Source: Cycas panzhihuaensis (taxonomy: Eukaryota; Plantae; Cycadophyta). Taken from it: a DNA stretch of 64,000 bases. A program made the position numbers and the translations under genes. The DNA lies in contig CM041465.1 of NCBI GenBank assembly GCA_023213395.1, forward strand, positions 88,543,741 through 88,607,740, given 5' to 3'. Below the pieces are notes generated by a model. That model ran no database searches and had not been told where the DNA came from. It saw nothing but the letters and a program-made list of their open reading frames with translations. Shown one piece after another: positions 1 through 12,290 of the stretch; the first letter of the stretch is position 1; the number at the start of each line of letters is the position of its first letter.

Positions 1-1288
1 CCTAAGTGGGTCCAACAATTACTAAAGGATGCTTCTCCTCCTCCCATAACTGCCAAAAGAGCATAAAAAGTAAGACACTCCATCATCTTTGCCTTAATGG
101 AACATGTCTTAGAAACCTCTAAGCCTTCTACATTTAAGGAGGCAATCGAAGACCAAATGTAAAAAGTAGCAATGGATGAAGAGATGAGTTCCATCTTGAA
201 AAATGAAACTTAGGAGCTAACAGTATTGCCATATAGGAAAAATCCAATTAATTATTAATGGCTCTATAAAACTAAGTTTCATGCGATGGCAATCACAAAT
301 ATTACAAAACTTGTCTAGTTGCAAAAGGTTTCAAATAACAGGAGGGGATAGACTATGATGAGACCGATGCCTTGGTAGCCAATATAATCGCATTCCATTT
401 GGTGATGTCTCTAGGAGGCCAATTCAACTGGCCAATATACTAAATAGATGTGAAGAGTGCTTTCCTCAATAAAGAGCTCATAGAAGAGGTTTTTTAAAGA
501 AACCTCTTAGCTATGTTATTCTTGGTAAAGAACACTTAGTTTGTAAGTCTAAGAAGGCCTTATATGGATTGAAGTGTACCACATAACTAGTATATAAAAA
601 TTGATGCTTTTTTAACCAACATGGATTCTATCATTCACCTTTTGCGCCAAACTTATACATTCAGATTAGAGAAAATTAGATCACCATTATTATACTCTAT
701 GTAGACAACTTGGCAATCATAAGCAATGACAATAAAGGCATAGCTTAGTTATAATCTAAATTGAAAAGCAACTTTGAGATGATAGATCTTAAGTTGCCAC
801 ACTATTTCCTTGGTATTGAAGTATGGTAGGATCTAGGACATATCTTCTTATCACAATCAAAGTATGCCAATGAACTCTTACAACAATTTAAAATAATAGA
901 ATGTTGGCAAGCCCCAATTCTAATGGAAATGGGAACTAAGCTAAACCCGGATGAACAAGACAAGTCATTTGATCCTACTTTATCTTGGCGGTTAGTTGGG
1001 AAGCATCATTTACCTCACACATACTTTCCTAGATATTTCTTATGCAATTAAGATATGCTCCGTACATGTCAAAGCCAAAAATATCCCATTAGAAAGATGC
1101 TACTAGAATCCTTAAGTACATTTGTAATATATATCAATTTGGATTTGACTACAACCAAACTAAATTTCCTATCTTGAAAGGACACATAGATGCTAATTGG
1201 GTAGGTTTCCAAGATACATACCATTCAACATTGGGTACTATTTTGATATAGATTTAGCTATAAACTCTTGAAGTTACAAGAAGTAGCT
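1..1288 (+). pseudogene. Copia reverse transcriptase / start of RNase H, many stops and frameshifts
   Basis: Manual translation shows RVT_2-type motifs (LVAKGF, DVKSAF, LYGLK, YVD). Confidence 0.88.
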
Positions 1289-2738
1289 TGTAATGACCCC
1301 ATACTACATGTAATAGGGTAGAAGGTTAAGGGTTAAGGAGGATAAGAATATGGGATTAGGTAGCTCAGTAGTAACATAATATAATAATGGGTGGCCCTCT
1401 TATAAATATGGCACCCCCATCTTATGTAAGGTAGCTTGATATATTTTGAATACAATCTATTAGGGTTCACTTCAGTGCCCCTTTTGGTCTTCAGTTTGGT
1501 GACCATTCTATTTTCCAGCTTTATTCCCTCTTACTCTCTTATGGTTACAGGAGTTGGCTTATAACAAGTGGTATCAGATCTAGGGCAAGGGTAATTTTTT
1601 TTTTATTTCCTCTTTATTTATTGTAGGTATTAAAGATATAATCCTTAGTGGAGGATTGGAAATCCTATTGAAGGGTTTACAACGCTAAAGATCCTACTTA
1701 TGGCTAAAAATAAATACCCTAATAAGGATTTGTTCACTTTGCTACTAAAGTTTCAAGAGACCCATTATTATTTTACATTTAGTGTTTATGTGAGAAGCAA
1801 TTTATCACTTATGAAGAGTCGCCATTCTAAGAATATTAGAGATCTACCTATAGTCTTCATTATAGATGATATTTTATATCACTTAAAATCATAGTGGATG
1901 GACATAATATAGGGTCAAAGCTCTATTATCATGGAGGATTTTCGCTATTGGCCCACGCCCAAATCCTTGTTGTGAGTGTAAGACTCTATGCCTTTAGATC
2001 ACCTACAACTTGGTGATTTCCCACTACATAGATGCTTGTAACCTATGGCCATTGAAGAGCCAACTCTTAGATCTAGGGTCGAGCAACATCTTGCCTATTT
2101 ACGATTAGTCATATATAGTCATTGAAGTGCCCAACAACTAAAAGATGGTCATTTTCCACGAGATCTAATTTTAGGTGTGTGAAGTAGTACCTTACTAACA
2201 AGAAAGAAGAGCTTAATCACTTAGCTATAGAGCATGAATGGCACTCCTCAAGAGCTTTACTGGTGGTTGCCTTGTTAACCCCCACTGTCTGTATTCATAA
2301 AGGTGACTATGGAGAACCCTGGTTTCCTATTCTAAGTGACTAATCTTTACAAGATATGGTTATTAGATGGAACATATAACTCAAGATCCTAAAGATCCTT
2401 CGAAGCATCAATTCCATATAAGGTTTTAAGGTCCAGAGGAAGAGGATTTGATGCTTTCTTGACTATCTAGTTCATTTGTCCTTTTGTCCACTTAGAGTTG
2501 GGATTCAATTCATGATAGGGTAGGGAGGATGCACATTAAGCAACACCATAAGTCCTTGTTATGTGGATGAAACCAATAGAGGGACATGAAAGTCGCTAAA
2601 ATCGAGTAGAACAAGCACTTTAATACCTTGCTTATTCAAAGGATAAAGAATTTTTGAGGACACTATAGGTTTTGAACCACTGATATATGAATCCTTATTG
2701 CATTATCTGAAACAGAAATTTTGGCATTTATATCTTCA

Positions 2739-2828
2739 TTTTCCTTGGATACCTTCATAAAGATCTTTGTGGAGGGATCCTCTTAGATTGTAAATCGTCC
2801 TTATCACATCATAGACACCTACGTATCG
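2739..2828 (-). pseudogene. Possible captured mitochondrial carrier family fragment
   Basis: Minus-strand translation RYVGVYDVIRTIYNLRGSLHKDLYEG resembles the carrier-repeat segment Y.G..D....IY...G...LY.G; short, recognised by eye only. Confidence 0.35.
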
Positions 2829-3082
2829 ACTTTAAAACATGCATAAAAAATGCTACGAATGCAACATTCAAATACAGCTTTATAATGAGTCGGGATATGG
2901 CAAGTGAAAATGTTTGTAAAATTATTTGTATTATGGTTGTAAGTCAAATCACATAGGTACCAATGATGACGAATCGTTTAGTTATCAATAACATTGATAA
3001 GTTTCTAATTTTAATATTTATTTGATTACTAAATTGCTAAAGTTAAATAAAATTAAATTAAATTACAATTGCACTTGAAATC

Positions 3083-3153
3083 TACCTCTCTCATAAGATA
3101 ATCAATGGTCATATGGAATGCCTAAATGACTCTTTTCTTTCTAAAAGGGGCTT
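3083..3153 (+). other. Conserved hairpin motif, most diverged copy (element C)
   Basis: GGTCATAT-n11-ATGACT-n9-CTAAAAGGGGCTT matches the B1 copy (GGTCACAT-n9-ATGACC-n12-CTAAAGGGCTT); similar downstream context. Confidence 0.5.
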
Positions 3154-4633
3154 AATGACAATTAAAATAGTCTTGTAAAAATATTTTATACCTATGTACA
3201 TTTTTGTCATATCTTCTTCATAGAACGAATTGAGTTCTCCCAGATTTATTTGGTTCTTTGGTTCGAAAACTTTGATTTGGACTATGATATGTGATATTTT
3301 AAACTTTTCTTATAGTATATATTAATGTTTGAAGTTGAGTCTCATGATTATATGTCATTTTTATATAATTTTATAGTTTTTAGGTTGTTTAGATTTTATC
3401 TTGCATGCCATTGCTCTTGAGGTGACAACATTAAGGGGCTAACCATTTATGGACACCCCTTGAAAAAAAGGGACAAATGGAGCTAGGGACTGATAGGAAA
3501 TTACTTGCATCCTCTAAAAAAAATGGTCTTCTCGATTGCTACTATGACTATGAATAATTCCTTTTCAACTACAATGATGACCTTGACCTTGTTTACTTTG
3601 GGATGGATGGTGATATTCAACTTTATGACCGGGTTGCCACTCTAGAATAGTTATTTGAAGATTATTCTATAGTTTATTACTTCAAGCATGACTATGCTAA
3701 GGCCATATTTTCTATGCTATTCTTGCAATAGGACCTCCATCGAATGGTTTGAGAGTGGTGTCTTTCATACCCAGATCTAAATTGAGCTCCTTTAAGATGG
3801 AACTTCAAAGAGAAATAGGGGCTTGTCTAGCCATTGAGGCTTTTAGAAAAGAAAATGTGCAAGACCAAGATATTGGGTTGCAAGATGATCATCAACATAT
3901 TGAAGCAATCATTCCTAATTAGAGCACCCATCTAGAAGGAGAGGCTAAACAAGAGGAAGAAAAAGAAGATGAGGTACATTTTACTTTGAATCAACATGAT
4001 GAAATCCCTTTACTTAAAGGTGTAAATATTAAGCTAGCTCCATCATCATTCAAATTATAGGAGCATTTGGGTTCTTATTTTTATGGATTCTCATATCACT
4101 ATACCACATGCCCACGCTTTCTTTGGTTTTTATAGTTAGATGAAGGAGTCACTCTTTTTGGGACCACATCACTATCTACATGGACTTATGCATCTTTTCT
4201 CAACAATAAGATCTCAATAACATGATCTGTAACAATAATATCTCTTCATCGTCACCTTGACCAAACTACTACTTATGATATATTAGGTGATGGTGGTAGA
4301 TATATATTTTTGTATTAGGATGCTTTGAGGGTAAATCATCCGAGGGAAGAGGGCATGCAATGACCCCATACTACATATAATAGGATAGAAGGTTAAGGGT
4401 TAAGGGAGATAAGAATGTAGGATTGGGTAGTTTAGTAGCAACATAATATAATAATGGGTGGCCCTCTTATAAATATGTCACCCCCATCTTATATAAGGTA
4501 GCTTGATATATTTTGAATATAATCTATTAGGGTTCACTTTGGCACCCATTTTGGTCTTCATTTTGGTAATTATTCCATCTTCTGGTTTTCCTTCCTCTTA
4601 CTCTCTTATGGTTATAGGAGTTGGCCTATAATG

Positions 4634-4990
4634 CATCCTAATGTTACTCTCTCATCTACCAAAATAGAATACAAAGTAACTATCCATGCCACCACAGAGT
4701 TGATTTCGCTTAGAAGGATTCTTATCGAGCTTGGACTTTAACAAAATTTAACTACCATTCTCTATTGTGACAATTAAAGTGTATTAAAGATGACAAATAA
4801 TCATGTTTTCTATGCTAGAACTATGCACAAAGGTCCATCATCACTTCATCCATGAGCATGTTCAAAACGAAGAAGTAGACCTTGTAAATCGACCAACCGA
4901 GGATTTGGCTATAGATATCTTCACCAGAGCATTTGGTAAACCAAAGTTTGAATTATTTTTCATGACCTCAATATCGATGTAATAAAGCTT
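4634..4990 (+). pseudogene. Copia RNase H remainder
   Basis: VTLSSTKIEY, ILYCDN and DIFT-like motifs resume right after element C. Confidence 0.85.
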
Positions 4991-5002
4991 TCATTAAGGG
5001 GG

Positions 5003-5381
5003 TGTTAAAACATCTAACAACCCCTTCATTACCTTGTAATTTATAAATATTTGTATCTATGTAATATAGGTATGACACCCTATTATAAATTTAATTGTAA
5101 TATAAAGATTTGTTGGGTCTGTCTCCTTTGTTGATACATCATCCAATTATTTCATTATATTTTTAAGGTGGTTTGCTTATAAATTAAGCCCACATCTTAT
5201 GCTTTGTACATTGAATTATATTACATGCAGAAGCACTGCTGAAATTGAGATGCATTGTGTAACCAATTTACCCGTAGTGTATTTCTACTACATTTTACTC
5301 TACTGTCTTATATTTTGATCTTAGTTTCTGAGTTATTTATGTTAATGCACATTGATTTAGATCCTATTGCTTGATTTAACA
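5003..5381 (+). repeat. 3' LTR of first Copia element
   Basis: Follows PPT; TG...CA termini with short terminal inverted repeat; partner LTR outside window. Confidence 0.7.
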
Positions 5382-5989
5382 ATTACCCATTCTAGTCAAT
5401 AGGTAGTTCTTTCCAACTTTCTTTCAATTGGAATGCAAAGGAATCGCCACTATAAATGTTGTGTATAAACCCTTCCTTGGCTAGGTAGTATAAATATAAA
5501 TTTTGGCTTTCAACAACAAAGATTAGGAGGTAAAATTTAAAATTTTTAAATAAATATTTTAAGTCACTCGTAGGGGGTGGCTCAATGTAGGAGGCTAATC
5601 ATTACCATATTAATAATGTCTTTAAAATTTTTCTTAGAAATTTATAGATGCATCAAGTGGGAGTAAGGATTTCTAGAAATAAAGCAATTACATAGAATAG
5701 GTAGCATGGGGTTATCAAATATAGATATAAATAATTTTAGGGTTGATAGACTAATAGGTTTATTTAGTATTTCAAAAATAAGCATTGCATATTTGTTGTT
5801 CATTACGAGTGATATTGCAAAGAAAAATTTATGTTAGGTAATGATTTGTAAGAAGGAGAACCTTGAAATCAATTGCCACCATGGATTTGTAGACACAACG
5901 TCATCTAGAGCACTTGTAATGTTAAACTTTACTTGTTATTAGTCTCAACAAAATGGTTCTATTTTGTGAATTGTGAAGGAGTGACTTGT

Positions 5990-7570
5990 GAGTCTTATCA
6001 TAGTTGTTTGATTAAGGGATATGTGAAAAAATCTTGGCCATTCACCGGATGAGTCATTGCTAATAAGAAATAATGAAAGAAAAGGAGCATTTGCATATTA
6101 CTTTATAATTATTAGATTAAGGGATACATGGATGTCTTTAAGAGTATTTGTAAGACTAAACTTTATACATGAGAATTTTAGTCGAGGTAGGTTTATGAAG
6201 AGGCCCTTATAAAGATAGTATTTGCAAAGTAAATCACCACCATCGAATTATCTACCATGATGAATCTTAGATCATTCATAAGAAATTTATTAATCTTTGT
6301 GAAGTGATAGGAAAAAGAAGAAGTGAATATGATGTGATGTAAGGAAAATCATGGCCGTTAGATGGTGGTCATGTGGCATTTGTTAGAAGGATTCATGAGA
6401 GGAGGATTAGTAGAGGGCTATTTATTACAAAGGCAACCCCCGAAAAGGACCATGGCCATTGATTTGAAAATATATGATTGCCATCTAACTATACTCATAG
6501 TTAGAATCTTCACTTGAAAAGATAAATGAACTAAAGAAAACTATGAATGGGTGAGTTGCAAAGTAAATCATAGCAATTGGTCAAATGACATGTTTTTATA
6601 TTTGAGAGAACTCACAAGACTATTTTTCATAAAGGGATATGAGTTGTAAATGTTGGTTCATAATGGATAATGCCATAAGGTACATCATGACCATCTATAA
6701 AGAACATATAGAGGAATTCTATGGTATTACAGAAATGAACCTGGCTCAAATGATTGGTTAGGAAATGATGAATCCACAAAGTTGGAAGGTGTGAAAGGAA
6801 CTATAAGCATTGATGTCATAACATGTGTTTGCATCTAGGATCACTTGCAAAAAGTAATAGCTTGTTCATTATGAAAAATGAGAAAAAGAAAATAGGGATT
6901 TGGGAGTAAATAGAGCTGTGAATCTAATTTGGGCTATTGATTGAAGGACATGTAGATATAACATAAGTCACCTCTCAAACAAGGACTTCATCACTAGTGA
7001 ATAATCAAATGAGTGTACATTGAATAATCTATGAATGAGCAGAGTGCGAGTTAAGATCTTGGCCATCAATTTAAAGGACACATGGAAAAATCATAAAACA
7101 TTTGTAAGGGACATATTTGACAACTTTGAATGATATATTAAAGTTTCAATTGTGTAAAATATAGAGTAGTAGGTCACATGGCAAGGTTGACTATTAGATC
7201 TAATAACTTATGGCCATCATCCAAGGATCCTTGCATTTAGATACCTCACTAAAGGGAAAGAGGAAGTTAGAGCAATTTGTGAATGAGTTGAGCATGAGGC
7301 AAAATCAATTGCCTAATTTAGGTACATGTATCAATATCGAAGCAATTTCATAGATTAGGTATTTAACAAAAAGATGGGATGTGGTAGCAATGATAGATTG
7401 TAAACCAATTATTTCCAAAGCGAGTCAAGATCGCCTATGGATAAACATCCAATAGCTTTACGAGTCAATAACCTTCTCCCTAAGATAAAGATAAATTTAA
7501 AATGATTGAAAATAATAGCAAGCTAGTGAATATGCAAAGCAATATTGACCATTAGCCTTGAACATTTATA
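5990..7570 (+). repeat. Degenerate dispersed/tandem motif array, consensus ~TGGCCATTGATTTAAGGGACACATGG
   Basis: Variants at ~6001, 6108, 6351, 6451, 6686, 6929, 7059, 7211, 7310, 7546. Confidence 0.55.
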
Positions 7571-10473
7571 GGATTACTAAACTATGGGGATGAATCAAGT
7601 TCATCTAATGGGTTGGTGATGTATTAAATCCAGATTTTACAAGGTGCCAAATGCTTCATTAAAATTTAAGCTTGTGAAGGTGGAAACTTTGTTGAGTGTT
7701 TGATCGATAAATTTTAACTTTGTATCTTCATTCTTCACATTATTCACAATGCAAATCATATTGAAGAATAAAGCATTTCCTAGGGAGAGTTTGAAGAACT
7801 TAGGAAGCTAAATTGGCCAAATCATACTTTATTTATAGTTTTAAAATATATGCAAATATTTATAAGAATTCCAATCATTGAGGACATTGTTACTAGCTAC
7901 AAAATATAAGATTAGAGCCTTTTAAAGTAGAAAGGGATGTAAAGAGTAATCTAAGGTAAATTGAACTAACACAAATAGGTTTTGATCTTTAGCTTTTGTT
8001 ATCCTAAGTTGGTTTTCTTATTTTTCCAAAGATCTCAATTCAAACAAGAGGATTATCATCAACCCAAATAGCCAAGTAATTTATGGCCTTTTGCCAAACA
8101 AGTTTTAAACAATTTCCTATTTATCCAATCCCACCATAACGCTTTGATGAGATCAAACTTGAACAATCTATGAAGGACAAATAATTGGATATGAATATGT
8201 CATCTAGAGAAACCTAAACTTAATAGGAAAAGAGATGGTTTTAAAGTAGAAGTTGTTGGCTAATTGGGGCCTCATGACCTCACTCCACCAATGTGCCATT
8301 ATAGTGAATATGACATAAACAATCAAGTAATATTCATCATAATTGCATCAACAAGGCATCAAATAGTACCATAATCATAAGAGGAGAGAGAATATTAAAA
8401 ATAAGAGAATGTAAATATGAGCAGAATGTTATTATTTATTAACAAAAGAGATTACATAGTCAATTACATATGAAGAAGGTGCAGCCTTAAATCAATAGAT
8501 CAATCTTCCACCAATCTCTCATAACTACTCATCTTATATCTTAATGACTTTCTCATATAGCTTATTTATACATCACTTGGGTGGTTCAACTACCCAATTA
8601 ATCCTTCATTAATGTATTTGTTTATATTAATTAATCATAATTTAATAAGATCAATAATCCCTATTTTCTAATGTATTATTAAATGTTTTATCATGGCCCT
8701 TTCCGAAAGATTATAAAATGATGGAGACAGAGTACAACATAATCAAATAATCAAAACATTGTTGCATAAACACATAAATCTTTGTATTCAATCCATGATG
8801 AGTGAGTACATAATAAATTTTAAATGTAGAAGGTTCTAAAGACACCAAGGTTGCACACCCTCCAAATATATAATTTGGGAGGAGGGAAACCTCAACCCTT
8901 AGAATTCAAACAATAATAAAATATTACATAACATAATTTAACTTAACTTAACTCAAACTAACTTAACCTTACCTTACACTTACCTTCATATGTGAGTACT
9001 CACATATATAAATTGGTAGGAGTGGGGTGTGCACTCCTAGGTTAAAGGTGGGAGTGGGGTGATAATCATTAACCCCAACATTCTCCTCCTTAATGGTCAT
9101 CATGAACAACTTTGTTTTCTCTTTAAGTATATATGCTTTCACTTTGAAAAGATAAAAATGAAGAAAACTTCCAAAAAATGAATTGTACCCATTTTTATAT
9201 TATAGGACCACTTGACTTGTCACTTGCTTTAGATGTATATGAGTAATTTCTATAAATGAACTTAAAAAGATATATGAAAGTCAAATGAAAACCTTAAACA
9301 TGTGTTATAAATGATCAATAAGAAATGAAATAAAGAACTCCTTAAAAAGGTTTGAAGACAAGACTGCTTTGGATATCTTAAATGATCAAGTTGATCACCT
9401 TCAAATCTATACTAAAAAGTGGCAAAATAAGATGAGATTACACCAATTTGAAGATTAATGAAATATCTAGTCAACGAAACCCACTGCTTTGAAAATGGAT
9501 TCCTATAAGTCAAAAATTTAATGTATCAAAATGTAGTCCTCCTTTTGAGGCTTAACGGGAGCTTGAGGCTTAAAATATTATGAAATGCTAGGAAAATAAC
9601 TTGTAGGACAATGTAAAATAATCAAATATAGTGTAGAGATCTACTTAATATACTTTGAGTTAAAAACTTTAAGAAATAATGTATTAAAAATATGTCATAA
9701 TAGTAAATTGGAAACTATTTTGTACCTCAACTTTGATGGCTTAGAACACCTACAAAATAGACTTAAAATGAAGTAAAAATAACTTAAAACTATAGATCTC
9801 TAAAAATCTTTACTAAAATTAGATGATACTCAATTCGAGCTATGAATCTTAAGACATTAAAAAACTGTAAAAGGTGTCTTACTAAGATTAATAAAATAGG
9901 GAGCAAAAAATAAGGTCAACATTGACCTACTTAAACTTGCAAGATATTGAGTCAAATTAAGAAAAATACTTCAAGAGTGATCTAAATCAAGATTTCAATG
10001 AATCTTACGGTTTTGAAACTGATCGTTGAGGAGATATAGCTAAAAATGTAAGTAGTATTTTTATGTAAATACGCTTAAAAACATAAAAGTGTCACTTTCA
10101 CCAATTAAAATAAATCCTAAAAATAAAATGAATAGCTGGTGATGAAGTTTGCTGAAAATAAATTGCTACAGAGTAGATTTGGGTAAAAATTAATATTTCA
10201 AAGTGATAAAAATATAACTTAATAAAAAGGGATTTTATGAAAATAGTTTAAAAAGCTTTAAAATGAATAATTGACTTTAAACTAATTAAAAGCTGGTCAA
10301 ATTAGCTCCAAATATGGTATATGATCACAAAATTATATCTCAAAAATGTTAGATGCAATGGTATAGGTTTTGTCGAAATCGATAACCCAATCAAAAGATA
10401 TGGCGAAAATTAAAATTACCTATGTTTAATGAATAATTTAAAAAAGAAAAAGAAAAAGGTTATAAAGTTTAAG

Positions 10474-10544
10474 AAGCCCTTTAGCAATGAGCTAATGGTC
10501 ATGTTGAAGAGATGTGACCGGGGGCTAAGTTCTCAAGGGGGCTT
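10474..10544 (-). other. Conserved ~70-nt hairpin motif (B1 copy)
   Basis: AAGCCC...GGGCTT closing stem, GGTCA/TGACC inner stem; homologous to 29441-29514, 51033-51102, 23277-23346. Confidence 0.75.
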
Positions 10545-11119
10545 AGGCCTTAATAACCTAGAATTCAAAGTTTATATAACATAATTTCATTAAATTTAAA
10601 GTTTATATTAAAAAAATAAAAATAAAAATAAATAAAAAACAGTATGCCACTGTCATTTGTTGTCATACAGTGTGATACGCTACCATCAGAATCACCATCA
10701 CCACTTTGGATCGCACAAACGGTGAATAATGACTGACTGCCAGACACGCCTGTCGGGTGCCGAGCAATAATCCTCCAATCGCAAGATTCACAGAAGACGA
10801 GAAGGTTCCAGATACTTTTTAGATGTGGGGATTCCTCACGCAGGTTGGGAGCAATGGTAGTGAGTCTAAGCTACATAATTTCATTAAAACATAATATTCA
10901 TGGCAAGCATTTAAGGAATTCAAAGATTAATCATGCTATCTTAAGTAGAAACAAAAGAGGGTAACAATGTCCGGAAAATTGTGGAAGAAACAATGGTGCT
11001 TCCACTAAGAGTAGTGAATTCAACCTCTCTTGTGTTAATTGGAGATACTATTGCTTAAGTTAGAGGCATTGGGGATGCAGAGAAAATACCTCCCAGATCG
11101 ATATCCTCATCGCAAGAGG

Positions 11120-11299
11120 AAGGTAATTTTGAATCAAATAATCGTTGGTCCTTGTGTAGTTGGCATTATTGTTGCCTAGAATAGTCTTTAGCAAGGTAAG
11201 CTTGGAGAACTTGCCACACAAAGATCGAATAATGCAATCCCTACCCTTATTATAGGTTGGAAGTTTTGGGTTTCAATCATCCTTTTAAACTTTTGGGTA
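11120..11299 (+). pseudogene. Captured Mpv17/PMP22-family gene fragment
   Basis: 60 codons KVILNQIIVGPCVVGIIVA*NSL*QGKLGELATQRSNNAIPTLIIGWKFWVSIILLNFWV; matches the plant Mpv17/PMP22 pattern (KV.LNQ...GP...WN.LWQGKL.EL...PTL..G..FW....LNFW); both stops are TAG at expected Trp positions. Confidence 0.82.
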
Positions 11300-11521
11300 C
11301 TAAATGATGGAGTAAAAATATAAATACAAAACAGAAAATGCTGGGGGACTATTTTTCTAGTAAAAAATCAAGCTCAATATGGGAACAAGGCAAGATATAC
11401 CATATAAATAGTTATAATAAAGAAATATTTCAAAAATTATATATTTATATAAAAAACATGAAAAATCTGATTCAATGGAGCCACAAATGAAACCAAATTT
11501 TTTCAAATATAACAGAGAGAA

Positions 11522-11543
11522 ATATATATATATATATATATAT
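11522..11543. repeat. (TA)n microsatellite
   Basis: Direct reading. Confidence 0.85.
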
Positions 11544-11779
11544 TTGTATATAAAATCTTTCAAATATATAGGAGAAGTTATATCAAAGAACCAAGAAACA
11601 TATATGTTTATATCTAAATATAAAAATAGGAAGAAGCTAGTAATGCAACTATGGCATCTTTGAAGAAAAATAACTTCTAAGGACAAGATCTTCTTCCACA
11701 ATGGTCGAAACTTCAAACGGATTCCTCCAGTAGACAGATCGGCTATAGTATAACTTCTCCAGGAAACTTGTTAGACTAA

Positions 11780-12290
11780 ATATACACCAAATCTTGCACA
11801 GATCTAAAAAAAAAATATTAAATAAATAGACCAAATGTACAAAAAATGGTTAAATATTTAATAAAATATGTAGATCTAGAAAAAATATTGCATAAATCTA
11901 GAGAAAATCTTGAATAAATGGATCAAATATACATAAAATGGTCAAATATTTAACAAAATATGTAGATCTAGAGAAAATATTACATAGATCTAGAGAAAAT
12001 ATTGAATAAATGGACCAAATATGCCAAAAATAGTTAAATATTTAATAAAATATGCAGATCTTGTTGATAAGACTTCGTAAAGTGATAAAACTTTGAATAT
12101 TTACTGATTATAGCTATGTTCCTACATAGATCTAAAAAAATATTGAATAAATAGATAAAGTACACTAGAAAATGATCAAATATTTGAAAAAAATATGTAA
12201 AACTTATTAATAAGAACTTTGTAAAGTGATGAGATCTTAAATATTCTTGATTGCAATTTATGCTCCTGCAGATTTGAAAAAATATCTAAA
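11780..12290. repeat. AGATCT-rich tandem repeats (92-bp unit x~3, plus a ~143-bp duplication) in the B1 5' region
   Basis: (T/C)AGATCT anchors at 11871, 11963, 12055; GTAAAGTGAT at ~12077 and ~12220. Confidence 0.85.

Larger units (their letters stand above)
1289..4633 (+). mobile_element. Element C: non-autonomous LTR element (278-bp LTRs 1289-1566 and 4356-4633), probably chromovirus/Gypsy-derived
   Basis: Two aligned 278-bp LTRs; tRNA-Met PBS TGGTATCAGA at 1569; PPT GAGGGAAGAGGG at 4342-4353; degenerate TSD TAGCT/CATCC; no pol in the 2.8-kb interior. Confidence 0.9.
1..5381 (+). mobile_element. Ty1/Copia LTR retrotransposon remnant (RT-RNase H-3' LTR), 5' part outside window, interrupted by element C
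   Basis: Degenerate Copia RT motifs (EPSTFKEA-like ~120-145, DVKSAF ~447-465, LYVDN ~695-710); RNase H split at KKQ / VTLSSTKIEY by element C; PPT TTAAGGGGG at ~4994-5002; 3' LTR with TGTTAAAA...TTTAACA termini. Confidence 0.9.

Noticed and set aside
5990-7570. CRISPR array
   Set aside because: Repeats are highly degenerate, spacing is long and irregular, there are no cas genes, and the DNA is plant nuclear.
10474-10561. Helitron 3' end (hairpin followed by CTAG in B1 and B2)
   Set aside because: The hairpin is ~70 nt rather than a short terminal one, CTAG is followed by A not T, the cargo lies outside the putative end, and other copies lack CTAG.
10960-11060. AAA-ATPase (NVRKIVEETMVLPLR) or WAK-like (CPENCG...FNLSC) identity for a B1 cargo piece
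   Set aside because: Two conflicting weak resemblances in different frames; cannot be decided without a search.
11357-11716. Hydrophobic Tyr/Ile/Phe-rich ORFs here and elsewhere as membrane proteins
   Set aside because: Low-complexity AT-rich or antisense shadow frames with no recognisable domain.
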